In this document: one piece after another, positions 27,011-36,009 of the stretch | Layout: every line of letters begins with the position of its first letter | Numbering within the stretch: position 1 is the first letter of the stretch | Origin: Alphaproteobacteria bacterium | GTDB lineage: Bacteria > Pseudomonadota > Alphaproteobacteria > UBA828 | Direction: 5' to 3' | Assembly: GCA_965214705.1 (NCBI GenBank) | Contig: CBDCCI010000002.1 | Coordinates: 2,304,001 to 2,368,000 of the forward strand | DNA: 64,000 nt | The notes under the pieces: generated by a model | The model's input: the letters and a program-made list of their open reading frames with translations, nothing else | The model's database searches: none | Told to the model about the DNA's origin: nothing | Position numbers and translations under genes: made by a program

Positions 27011-27349
27011 TCAGTGCAGCAGATCGGCGAGGCCGAGCTTCTCGAACGCCTGACGCAGCTCGTCGTGGCACACGGCGTCGATCTTCATCGGGCCGTGGCC
27101 GGCCTCGTCGGTCCAGCGGGCGAGCTCGCGGATCTCGGCGACGAACTCCTCGTCGGTCTCGCACACCGTGGTGGTCACGTCGCCCTCGCTGAAGCTGACG
27201 ATGGTGCGTTCAGCGGGCGAGCACCAGGTGCCGTAGTACGAGGCGTCCTGGCGCGAGTCGACCTGTGCGAAGCCGTTGCCGTACGAGCAGGGGCCGGTGT
27301 CGAAGTGGTAGCGGTCGGTGAGCGGCCGGAAGTCTCGGGTCGTCTTCAT
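27011..27349 (-). CDS. hypothetical protein of the mobile region
   Basis: DRYHFD, AQVDSRQDASYYGTW, SFSEGD; globular composition. Confidence 0.65.
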   Translation of the reverse strand: MKTTRDFRPLTDRYHFDTGPCSYGNGFAQVDSRQDASYYGTWCSPAERTIVSFSEGDVTTTVCETDEEFVAEIRELARWTDEAGHGPMKIDAVCHDELRQAFEKLGLADLLH

Positions 27350-27423
27350 GGGATGGGCCTCGCTGGTGGGGGTGCGATGGAACGTGGGACCGGGGCGGAG
27401 ATGCATCGGGTGCCTCCCCGGCC

Positions 27424-27804
27424 TCACGCCGTCACGATCCGCAGATAGCCGTCCGGGACCATCCGGGGGTATGGAGACGTGTGGTAGACGGCGACGCGGA
27501 AGCCGGCGCCTTCGATGTCCTGGACGCGGTAGCTCAACGCGTGGCCGGCGAGCGGCATGACGCGGGCGAGCGCCTGCGCGACGTTGCGAGACGGGACGTG
27601 CGTGGCGCACTCGGGCTCGCGCGTGGTGACGATCCGCAGGCACGGCTCGGGCTCGTCGAGCAGGGCCGAGGCGTTGCACTTGGGGCACTCGCCCGCCGGC
27701 ATCGGGTCGCCCGGCTGCACGCGCTCCCAGGCGTTCTTCAGCGGGCCGCACCGGTCGGCCGGTCCGTTCCAGCCGCAGTACTGGCATGTCGCGGTGGGGA
27801 TCAT
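27424..27804 (-). CDS. hypothetical Zn-ribbon protein
   Basis: CQYCGW...PGDPMPAGECPKC; GGGAGG RBS. Confidence 0.65.
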   Translation of the reverse strand: MIPTATCQYCGWNGPADRCGPLKNAWERVQPGDPMPAGECPKCNASALLDEPEPCLRIVTTREPECATHVPSRNVAQALARVMPLAGHALSYRVQDIEGAGFRVAVYHTSPYPRMVPDGYLRIVTA

Positions 27805-27867
27805 GCGGTGATCCTCCCGTTGTGGTGTGGTGGAGCATCGAGGGGCGGTGTGGCCCTCGAGCGGAGA

Positions 27868-28245
27868 TCAGGCGGCGATCCGGATGTGCTCGCCCCAGGG
27901 CGCGGGGTGCCGCCACGGGCTCGCCTCGTCTCCGTAGTCACAGAACGCGACCGGGAACGAAGGCTCGTGCTCGGGGTAGTCGGAGCACTCCATGTCGGTG
28001 AAGTAGAGGCACACGCCGGGCTGTATCCCCTGCGCGTCGAGCCAGGCGAAGCCGGGCCGGAAGTCGGTGCCGCCCCGGCCCTTGACCACGATCTCCTCGG
28101 GCAGGTCGTCGGCGGCGTACTCGGCCACGTCCCGAAGCATCGTGTCGACCTGGAGCACGATGACGTTCTCGGGCCGGATCTCGGTGGCGACCTCGCGTAG
28201 CTCCGCCCAGAACTCGGCGAGGGTCGTGGTGGGGAGCGAGCTCGA
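27868..28245 (-). pseudogene. VWA-like (DUF2201-type) protein, 3' remnant
   Basis: LQVDT, GRGGTDFRP, LYFTD; 5' part cut by the IS at 28246. Confidence 0.8.
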
Positions 28246-30399
28246 CCCAAGTTGGCACTTTTGTCCTACCCATGTCCTTTATCGTGTTGATGTAACGCGA
28301 TATTTCTCTCGGCCGGTTCCAACATGGCACTACATTTTGTTGGATTCTGTCAGTTCGGCAGGCGGGTCCTCGTGCGGTGGATGGCGGGTTCCACGCCCGC
28401 CGCCGAGGAGATTGCGGCAACCTCAGCGGCCGGGCGCGTGTCCTGTCGATTGACGATCAAGGTGCCGTCGGTCTGGCGCAGGCGCGTGGTGATCCGCACC
28501 CAGGTCCGCATGCTCTCGCGGATCGATGCCCAGCACTTGTGGATGTCCCGCGCGGCCAGCCGGGAACGGATCAGATGCACGGCGTGGTAGGCCAGCACGG
28601 CGATCAGCAGGTGGGCCGCGATGCGCCGGTCGAGCTGGTGCCAGATCGGGCGAAGGCCGAGTTCGGATTTCAGGCTTCGGAATGTCGCCTCGATATCCGT
28701 GATCCGCCAGTACGTCCGCAGGACCGTCTCGATATCCCAGTCGACGTGGCTGGTGCGCAGCACATAGGCGCCCGCGCCCTCATCGGCCTCGTCGTATCGC
28801 GGCCTGCGCTTGAAGCGCACGGCGGTGGCATTGGGGCCGGTGTCCGCCTTCTCGACCGTGATCTCGTAGTGCCTGGCGACGGCGGAGAAGCGCTGCTTGA
28901 GGCGGCCTATGCTCTCCAGCACCTTGTCGTAGCGCTTGAGGCGGCCCTTGACCGCAAGGCCGCCGTGGAGCCTTTGCAGCGCCGCCTCGAAGCGGTTCCG
29001 CCTCAGGCCGATGATCGCGTTCTCGGCCTTCTTCTTGCCCTCGCTGACGACGTAGAGCCGCGCCTCGCCGTCCTCGCTGGCAAGCCGCCAGGCCCGCACC
29101 TCGTGGCGCGCGCTGGTGATCAGCAGGGCCTCGGGTCCGCCCTCGGGCGGCGCAGGCCTGGCACCGCGGCTGACCGCGATCCAGTCGTAGCCCTGCTCGC
29201 CCAGCCAGACGATGTTCTCCTCGGTGGCGATGCCCGCGTCCATGACCACCGTGGGCTTCGCCGCCGTGCCGCCGCATACCGCCTCGAGCCGGGCCAGCGC
29301 CTCGTGCAGCGTGCCCGGCTCGCTCACGTTGCCGGGCAGGATCTCGCAACTGCGCGGGAAGCCCGCACCGTCGAGCGCCAGCGTGATGAGGGGACAGTCG
29401 TCGCGCTTCTGCTTGGAGCGCCCGAACCTGGGAAGCTCGCCGTCGGTGTGGCCGTGGTAGTGGACGTTGGTGAGATCGTAGAAGGCGATCGTCTCGGGCA
29501 GGTCGAGCAGCGCGCGCTCACGGTTGAACAGTTCCCTCTGGATGGCGGCCCGGTGGCGCCAGAGCAGGTCGCCGATGCGGTAGAGCGTCTTGCGCCGCAG
29601 CGCCTTGCGGTCGCCCTCCAGGCCCAGGAGCTCGGCGGCCGCGCTGTCGTGGCGGAGCCAGCGGCTGGTATCACGCTCGCTGGCGGGATGGACCATCCTG
29701 GCGACGATCAGCGCGCTGGCGATGCGTCCGTCGCGGCCCTTGATGTCGAGGCCGTGGAGGATTTCGGCGAAGCCAAGGTCGTCGAGGGCCTTGAGGCACA
29801 GGCGCTCGCAGCCGACGGTGCGCGGGTTCTCATGCTCCAGGGTATCGAGGTCGACGGTGGCGATCTCGGGCTTGCGCGCCTCTTCCTGCATCGCCTCGAC
29901 GCGGAACCCCCTGGCCCTGAGCTTGGCGACGATGTCCTCGGCTGCGGCCTGCACGTCCGGGACGGCTTGGAGCAGCGGCGGGCGGCCGTGCAGCAGCGCC
30001 TCGGCGAGTTCGGCCACTTCGCGCCATTTCTCCTTCGGCACCGGATAGTCGGTGCCGAGGTTGAGGAGCGTGCGCTGCCTGACCTTGTCGCCGATGCGCT
30101 GGGAGAGCACGAGGCGATGGCTTCGGACGGGCTTGCCGTCGGTGGTGTGGGTCTTGGTTGCCCTGATGAACATGTCGCCCGTCGCGAGATTGTTGCGAGG
30201 GGCCAAGATTTGTCGGCTTGGGGTCTGGGGTCAAGGGAAAATCGTCAATACCTAACAACTCCTGGCACTACAACGCGCTTCCAGCGCCTCAATTACACAT
30301 ATAGTGGCATCATCTCGGAGCTACCCCAATATGTGGTACTTCGGTCCGCAAAATATGGGCAGACCGGCATTGAGCAACCGGAAAAAGTGCCAACTTGGG
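28246..30399 (-). mobile_element. IS1634-like insertion sequence
   Basis: Terminal IRs CCCAAGTTGGCACTTTT / AAAAGTGCCAACTTGGG; no target duplication. Confidence 0.88.
28350..30173 (-). CDS. IS1634-family DDE transposase
   Basis: YDLTN, GRSKQKRDD, VVMDAG, IEATFRSLKSELGLRPIWH. Confidence 0.9.
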   Translation of the reverse strand: MFIRATKTHTTDGKPVRSHRLVLSQRIGDKVRQRTLLNLGTDYPVPKEKWREVAELAEALLHGRPPLLQAVPDVQAAAEDIVAKLRARGFRVEAMQEEARKPEIATVDLDTLEHENPRTVGCERLCLKALDDLGFAEILHGLDIKGRDGRIASALIVARMVHPASERDTSRWLRHDSAAAELLGLEGDRKALRRKTLYRIGDLLWRHRAAIQRELFNRERALLDLPETIAFYDLTNVHYHGHTDGELPRFGRSKQKRDDCPLITLALDGAGFPRSCEILPGNVSEPGTLHEALARLEAVCGGTAAKPTVVMDAGIATEENIVWLGEQGYDWIAVSRGARPAPPEGGPEALLITSARHEVRAWRLASEDGEARLYVVSEGKKKAENAIIGLRRNRFEAALQRLHGGLAVKGRLKRYDKVLESIGRLKQRFSAVARHYEITVEKADTGPNATAVRFKRRPRYDEADEGAGAYVLRTSHVDWDIETVLRTYWRITDIEATFRSLKSELGLRPIWHQLDRRIAAHLLIAVLAYHAVHLIRSRLAARDIHKCWASIRESMRTWVRITTRLRQTDGTLIVNRQDTRPAAEVAAISSAAGVEPAIHRTRTRLPN

Positions 30400-30522
30400 T
30401 TGCGCAACGTGCGGGCCGTGGTCAACGGCGAGCGCCTGCCGCACTCACTGCTCGGCATCACCGCGCTCGAGCGCCTGAGCGGCTACGAGGTCCGCGACGG
30501 CACCCTGACGCTGAGACCGTAA
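30400..30522 (+). pseudogene. 3' remnant of a retropepsin-like (clan AA) aspartic protease gene
   Basis: LRNVRAVVNG...SLLGITALERL...GTLTLRP resembles the TIGR02281-type C-terminus. Confidence 0.6.
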
Positions 30523-30526
30523 CTCT

Positions 30527-31501
30527 TCACTCCCCCCAGACCTCCGCGAGGAAGCGCAGCCAGTTCTCGCCCATGACCTTGCGGATGCGCCCCTCGGTCC
30601 AGCCGGCGCGCTCCATGGCCGCCGTGAGGTTGGGGAGCTGCCCGATGGTCTCCACGCCCTTCGGGTTCGAGAGCGGGGTGAACTTGATGAGCGAGCGGGC
30701 GTTGCCCTTGTCGTTGGTGATCCAGTCGAAGAACTCCTGACCGTAGCCCTGGGTGAAATCGGTGCCGAAGGCGACCGAGTCCTCGCCGGCGACCCCGATC
30801 ACGTGCTCGATCGCGTCCACGTAGTCGTCCACCGTCGAGCTCTCGCCGCCCTTGAGAAACGCCGGAAACATGGTGACCCCGATCATGCCGCCCTGCTCGG
30901 CGATGAAGCGAAGCTCACCGTCGCCCTTGTTGCGCGGGTGCGGCTTGAGCGCCGACGGCAGGCAGTGGGTGTAGGCGACCGGCTTGGACGACTCGCGAAT
31001 CGTCTCCTCGGACGTGCGGGAGCCCACGTGGCTGAGGTCGATCAGCATCCCCACCCGGTTCATCTCGGCCACCAGCTCGCGCCCCCAGTCGCTAAGCCCG
31101 GAGTCGCGGCTCTCGTAGCAGCCGGAGCCCGCAAGGTTCTGCGTGTTGTAGGTGAGCTGGGCGATGCCGACGCCCACGTCCTTGAAGAGCTGGACGGCGC
31201 CCAGCTTGTCCTCGAAGGCGGAGGTGTTCTGGAAGCCGAGGATGATCGCCGTGCGCCCGTCTTCCTTGGCCTTACGGATGTCAGCGGTGGTGCGCGCCTT
31301 GACGATCAGGTCGTCATGCTCGCGGAACCAGCCGTTCCACTGGGCGACGTTGGCCATGGTCTCGACGAAGCCCTCCCACACGCAGCACGTGCAGTTGGCG
31401 GCGGTGAGCCCGCCCTCGCGCATGTCGCGGAACACGTCCTCCGACCAGTTGGAGACGATGAGCCCGTCAATGACGATCAGATCCTCGTGCAGCGTACTCA
31501 A
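30527..31501 (-). CDS. membrane dipeptidase (M19 family)
   Basis: QLTYN, EMNRVGMLIDLSH, HPRNK, GTDF. Confidence 0.9.
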   Translation of the reverse strand: MSTLHEDLIVIDGLIVSNWSEDVFRDMREGGLTAANCTCCVWEGFVETMANVAQWNGWFREHDDLIVKARTTADIRKAKEDGRTAIILGFQNTSAFEDKLGAVQLFKDVGVGIAQLTYNTQNLAGSGCYESRDSGLSDWGRELVAEMNRVGMLIDLSHVGSRTSEETIRESSKPVAYTHCLPSALKPHPRNKGDGELRFIAEQGGMIGVTMFPAFLKGGESSTVDDYVDAIEHVIGVAGEDSVAFGTDFTQGYGQEFFDWITNDKGNARSLIKFTPLSNPKGVETIGQLPNLTAAMERAGWTEGRIRKVMGENWLRFLAEVWGE

Positions 31502-31641
31502 GTCACGTTCCTCCCTCGATGCGCCGCGCCTGGCGGGCGCGTTTCCGCCCGATTCGAGCCTCCTGGCGCGGAAGCCCGTTGTCTCGCCCGGCTAAGGGGC
31601 TAAGATACGGCCACGCTTTGCGCGCGCGAAGGAGAGATGCC

Positions 31642-32103
31642 ATGCCCTTGCTCGACCTGCACCACGTGGCCATCAAGTCCAAGAACCTCGAGGAGACGGT
31701 GAAGTTCTACCGTGACGTGCTCGGCATGGAGCAGGTCGAACGCCCGGAATTCCCGTTCCCCGGCGCCTGGCTCCAGATGGGTGAGACCATGTTCCACATC
31801 TATGGGGGCGACCCCGCCAAGACCCACAGCGGGAACTACAAGTACAGCCAGCGGGTCTCGCCGATAGACCATATCGCGCTCCGGGCGACAGGCTTCGACG
31901 AGATGAAGAAGAAGCTGAGGAAGCACAAGTGCGAGTGGCGCCAGATGAACATCCCGGACTTCAGACTCTGGCAGCTCTTCGTGCTGGACCCCAGCGGGGT
32001 GGTCATCGAACTGAACTTCGAGGTGGACAGCGAGCCCAAGGACAGCAAGGGCCCGTCCGGGCAGAAGAAATACGAGTTCGGCATGTTTCGCGCCGCCGCC
32101 TGA
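31642..32103 (+). CDS. VOC/glyoxalase family protein
   Basis: LHHVAI, FYRDVLG, DHIA, DPSGVVIEL. Confidence 0.88.
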   Translation: MPLLDLHHVAIKSKNLEETVKFYRDVLGMEQVERPEFPFPGAWLQMGETMFHIYGGDPAKTHSGNYKYSQRVSPIDHIALRATGFDEMKKKLRKHKCEWRQMNIPDFRLWQLFVLDPSGVVIELNFEVDSEPKDSKGPSGQKKYEFGMFRAAA

Positions 32104-32179
32104 GGCGGTCGCGCATCGCGGGGCGGCGATGCCGCTCGCCCCGCAATACTCCTTCCTATAAGGAACTGCGCGGCCTGCT

Positions 32180-32611
32180 CTAACCCCGCGGGACTCGCGG
32201 CACGCCGCTCGGCAGGGTGTCGTGGCGGGGCAGGTCGTCCGCGATCGGCAGCCACGGCATGCTATCGCGGAGAAAGACGTGCCGCTCCGGCGCAAGCGTC
32301 TCCGGCTCGTCGAGCGTGCCCGCCATGATGTGGACCTCGCCGGGGTAGACCGCCGCCTCGTAGGTGAGCGGGGTGCCGCAGGCGCCGCAGAACTTCCGCA
32401 CGACGTCCGGCGAGCTTTCGTAGATGCCGGGCGTGCCGGCCACGAAAACAAACCCGGTGTCACGCACGCCGACGAAGGTCGAGACCGGCGCGCCTGAAGA
32501 CCGCCGACACTCCTCGCAGTGGCAATGAGAGACCCAGAGCGGCCCGCCCTCGGCCCGGTAGCGCACCGCGCCGCAGCGGCAGCCACCCTCGATGGTGGGT
32601 GCGTCGCTCAT
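32180..32611 (-). CDS. GFA-family protein
   Basis: GGCRCGAVRY, HCHCEECRR, FCGACGT. Confidence 0.88.
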   Translation of the reverse strand: MSDAPTIEGGCRCGAVRYRAEGGPLWVSHCHCEECRRSSGAPVSTFVGVRDTGFVFVAGTPGIYESSPDVVRKFCGACGTPLTYEAAVYPGEVHIMAGTLDEPETLAPERHVFLRDSMPWLPIADDLPRHDTLPSGVPRVPRG

Positions 32612-33381
32612 TCCCTGAGCGTGCACCAGATCGGCGTGTGGTCCGAGGCCTTCACGCCGCCGCGTGGGCCCGAGTCGATCTCGCAGGCCTCGAGCCGGTC
32701 CGCTGCCTCCGGCGAGAGCAGCAGGTGGTCGATCCGCAATCCCTCGCCCCTTTGCCAGCGGCCGGCCTGATAGTCCCAGAAGGTGTAGGCCCGCCGGTGC
32801 GGGTGCAGCGTGCGGAACGCTTCCACGTAGCCGGAATAAAGCAGCGTGCGGAAGCGCGCCCGCGATTCCGGTTGGCACAGCGCGTCGTCGCGCCAGGCTT
32901 TCGGGTCGTAGCAGTCGAGATCGGCTGGAATGACGTTGTAGTCGCCACCGAGCACGACCGGCTCCTCGTGGCTGAGTAGTTCGTCTGCGCGCGCCGCAAG
33001 CCGGTCCATCCACGCGATCTTGTAGGGAAACTTCTCGGTCGCGACCGGATTGCCGTTGGGCAGGTAGATCGAGGCGACCCGGACGCCGCCGGTCGTGGCC
33101 TCGACGTAGCGCGCGTGCTCGTCCTCGTCGTCGCCCGGAAGCCCGATGAAAACGTCCTCCAGCGGCCGCTTGCTCAGGATCGCGACGCCGTTGTAGGTCT
33201 TCTGTCCGTGGACGAGGAGGTTGTAGCCGCAATCCTCGATCTCGAGTCGCGGGAAGGCCTCGTCCAGCGCCTTGGTCTCCTGCAGCAGCACCACGTCGGG
33301 CTCGGCGCTGCCGAGCCACTCCAGCACGGCGGGCAGGCGGACCTTGATGGAATTGACGTTCCAGGTCGCGATCTTGAGCAC
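32608..33381 (-). CDS. xth: exodeoxyribonuclease III
   Basis: TWNVNS, LQETK, YNGVAI, GDYN, LRIDH, SDH. Confidence 0.95.
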   Translation of the reverse strand: MLKIATWNVNSIKVRLPAVLEWLGSAEPDVVLLQETKALDEAFPRLEIEDCGYNLLVHGQKTYNGVAILSKRPLEDVFIGLPGDDEDEHARYVEATTGGVRVASIYLPNGNPVATEKFPYKIAWMDRLAARADELLSHEEPVVLGGDYNVIPADLDCYDPKAWRDDALCQPESRARFRTLLYSGYVEAFRTLHPHRRAYTFWDYQAGRWQRGEGLRIDHLLLSPEAADRLEACEIDSGPRGGVKASDHTPIWCTLRE

Positions 33382-33385
33382 GGGC

Positions 33386-33760
33386 TCAGACGAGGGAGAA
33401 GGACGTGCCGCAGCCGCAGCCGGAAACAGCGTTCGGGTTCTTCACCTGGAAGGAGGCGCCGATCAGGTCTTCGACGTAGTCGATCTCCGAGCCCGCCATG
33501 TAGCCAGCCGAGACCCGGTCCACCAGTGCCACGACGCCGTCCCGCTCGATGGCGATGTCGTCCGGCCGCTGCTCGGTCTCGAAGGCGAAGCCGTACTGGA
33601 AGCCCGAGCAGCCGCCGCCCGAGACGCTGACGCGCAGCATCGTGCCCGCATCGGCCTCGTCGGCGATCAGCACCGCGATCCGCCGCGCGGCGCTGGCCGA
33701 GAGCGTGATGTCCTCGTCCCCGGCGGCGATCGGTTGAACTGTGTCGAATGCGCGTGCCAT
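33386..33760 (-). CDS. erpA: A-type Fe-S carrier protein
   Basis: GGGCSGFQY, NPNA..GCGCGTSF; adjacent to xth. Confidence 0.85.
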   Translation of the reverse strand: MARAFDTVQPIAAGDEDITLSASAARRIAVLIADEADAGTMLRVSVSGGGCSGFQYGFAFETEQRPDDIAIERDGVVALVDRVSAGYMAGSEIDYVEDLIGASFQVKNPNAVSGCGCGTSFSLV

Positions 33761-33980
33761 GGCGTCGGTTGGCCCTGCCTGAACTCCTGTGGATTAGATA
33801 GCGCTGCCCGAGCACTTGTCAATCGACGGGCGTGTAACTTGCTCACCGTGGCCTCCACCGCGATCCCGTGTTACGTGCCCTTGGGAGCCAGCGAGGATCG
33901 ACCATGGCCTATCTTCTCACGGTCCAGGACTTGGGGCTTGAGATCGCTACTCCGGGCGACATCGTAAGGAGACTGATTCC

Positions 33981-34241
33981 ATGACCGACCCTCGGCGCTA
34001 CAAGTATCCTCTGCAGTTGCCGGCATCCTTGAAGGACACGGCCGCACGTCTCGCTCGGGAGGACGGCGTATCCCTCAACCAGTGGATCGTCGCGGCGGTC
34101 GCGCAGAAGATCGGGGCCGTCGAGACCGCGGAGACTTTTCTGCGGGAGAGAGCGTCGGATGCGGTTGCGGGCGACTTGACGCGCTATCTGAATAGAGCGC
34201 CCGATGTCCCGCCCGAGCCGGGTGACGAACTGTCGCGCTGA
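33981..34241 (+). CDS. HicB-like/RHH antitoxin (orphan)
   Basis: YPLQLPASL...LAREDGVSLNQWI..AVAQK. Confidence 0.75.
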   Translation: MTDPRRYKYPLQLPASLKDTAARLAREDGVSLNQWIVAAVAQKIGAVETAETFLRERASDAVAGDLTRYLNRAPDVPPEPGDELSR

Positions 34242-34296
34242 CCCTCACCGCCCGTCCCCCGCCACGAGCCCGCCATCTGCCGAGCGAGGGTGAACC

Positions 34297-34752
34297 ATGG
34301 CCTATCTTCTCGCGATCCATGTCTTGAGCGCCGTCGTCTGGGTGGGCGGCATGTTCTTCGCCCTGCTCGTGCTGCGGCCGGCGGTCGGGCCGCTGGAGCC
34401 TGCGGTCAGGCTCGCACTCTGGCGCCGGGTGTTCGCGCGCTTCTTCCCGGCCGTGGGCGTCTCCGTGCTGGCGCTGCTCGCGACCGGGCACGCGATGATC
34501 CTGATCGAGCTCGGCGGTTTCGCCGCGATCGGGATGTCGGTACATCTGATGCAGGGCATCGGCGTCATCATGGCCCTGCTCTACCTCTGGCTTCTCGTCG
34601 GCCCCTATCGCCGCTTTCTGAAGGCGCTGGATGCGGGAACGCTGCCAGCCGCCGGCCGCGCGATCGAGGGCATTCGCTGGATCATCACCGTCAACCTGGC
34701 CCTCGGCATCGTGACCCTGGTGCTCGCCACCACAGGCCACTATTGGGACTGA
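34297..34752 (+). CDS. CopD/DUF4149-like membrane protein
   Basis: HVLSAVVWVGGMFF; four hydrophobic segments. Confidence 0.75.
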   Translation: MAYLLAIHVLSAVVWVGGMFFALLVLRPAVGPLEPAVRLALWRRVFARFFPAVGVSVLALLATGHAMILIELGGFAAIGMSVHLMQGIGVIMALLYLWLLVGPYRRFLKALDAGTLPAAGRAIEGIRWIITVNLALGIVTLVLATTGHYWD

Positions 34753-34983
34753 GAAGCGCGGGCGCAATCGGCGGTGTCTCGCGCGCCTCTGCCAGAGAAA
34801 GCACTCAATACTTTGTAATTGAAAAATAAAAGATGACATCATTGTGTGTTTTTTCTATACATCTATATTTCTCATGAGAAATCGCGCAGAAACAAATAAT
34901 AAATAACGAATCACCCTCACATTACAAAGTGTTAATTTGACATATCACGCTTTTGTGGCCGACATAGGATCACGGGAGGCTTC

Positions 34984-36006
34984 ATGTTTCGATCTTTCTT
35001 TCTTTCCCGCGAATGGGCGCTCTGGGCCTGGGGCGGCATGGCGATCATCATCGGCGGCACCTGGTATCAGGTGCAGGTCGACGTTCAAATCAACGAATGG
35101 TTCGGCGAATTCTACGACGGTGTCCAGAAGGCGCTGGGCGAACCCGGCAGCATGACCATCGAAGAGTTCTACGCGCTGCTGCTCTCCTTCGGTCGCATCG
35201 CTGGCATCTACATTGTCGTCGCGGTGATGCTCAGCTTCTTCACCAAGCATTGGGTGTTCCGCTGGCGCCACGCGATGAACAACTTCTACATGGACCGCTG
35301 GGAGCGCTTGCGGCACATAGAGGGCGCCAGCCAGCGCATCCAGGAAGATACCCGCCGCTTCGCGATCATCATGGAATCCCTGGGCAGCCGTCTGCTCGAT
35401 TCCGTCATGACACTGATCGCCTTCCTGCCAATTCTCTGGCAGCTCTCGAAGTCGATCAAGGTGGTGCCGGTGATCGGCGAGCTGGATCATGCGCTGGTCT
35501 ACGCCGCCATCCTCTTTGCGCTGTTCGGCACGGCGGTGCTGGCGGTTGTGGGTATTAGGCTTCCGGGATTGGAGTTCAACAACCAGGTGGTGGAAGCCGC
35601 CTACAGGAAGGAACTCGTGTACGGCGAGGACCACGAAGAACGCGCCGACCCGCCGACCGTTCGTGAGCTATTTTTCAACGTCCGGCGAAATTATTTCAGA
35701 TTGTTCTTCCACTACATGTACTTCGATATCGCGAAGTGGTCGTATCTCCAGTTCGGCGTACTCGTTCCCTATATCGTTCTCGCGCCCACCATCGTCGCCG
35801 GCACCATCACCCTCGGTGTAATGCAGCAGATCGTCCGTGCTTTCGGGCGCGTGGAAGGCTCGTTCCAGTACCTCGTGCACAGCTGGACGGTCATCGTCGA
35901 GCTGATCTCGGTCTACAAGCGCCTGCGTGCCTTCGAGGCGGCGCTCTACGACCGGGGGCCCTATGCGGAACCCCCTCCATGCGGCCCAAGTCGATTCGGC
36001 CGGTAA
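34984..36006 (+). CDS. SbmA/BacA-like peptide transporter
   Basis: MFRSFF, INEW...FYD, IEGASQRIQEDT, EAAYRKELV, SVYKRLRAFE. Confidence 0.9.
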   Translation: MFRSFFLSREWALWAWGGMAIIIGGTWYQVQVDVQINEWFGEFYDGVQKALGEPGSMTIEEFYALLLSFGRIAGIYIVVAVMLSFFTKHWVFRWRHAMNNFYMDRWERLRHIEGASQRIQEDTRRFAIIMESLGSRLLDSVMTLIAFLPILWQLSKSIKVVPVIGELDHALVYAAILFALFGTAVLAVVGIRLPGLEFNNQVVEAAYRKELVYGEDHEERADPPTVRELFFNVRRNYFRLFFHYMYFDIAKWSYLQFGVLVPYIVLAPTIVAGTITLGVMQQIVRAFGRVEGSFQYLVHSWTVIVELISVYKRLRAFEAALYDRGPYAEPPPCGPSRFGR

Positions 36007-36009
36007 CGC

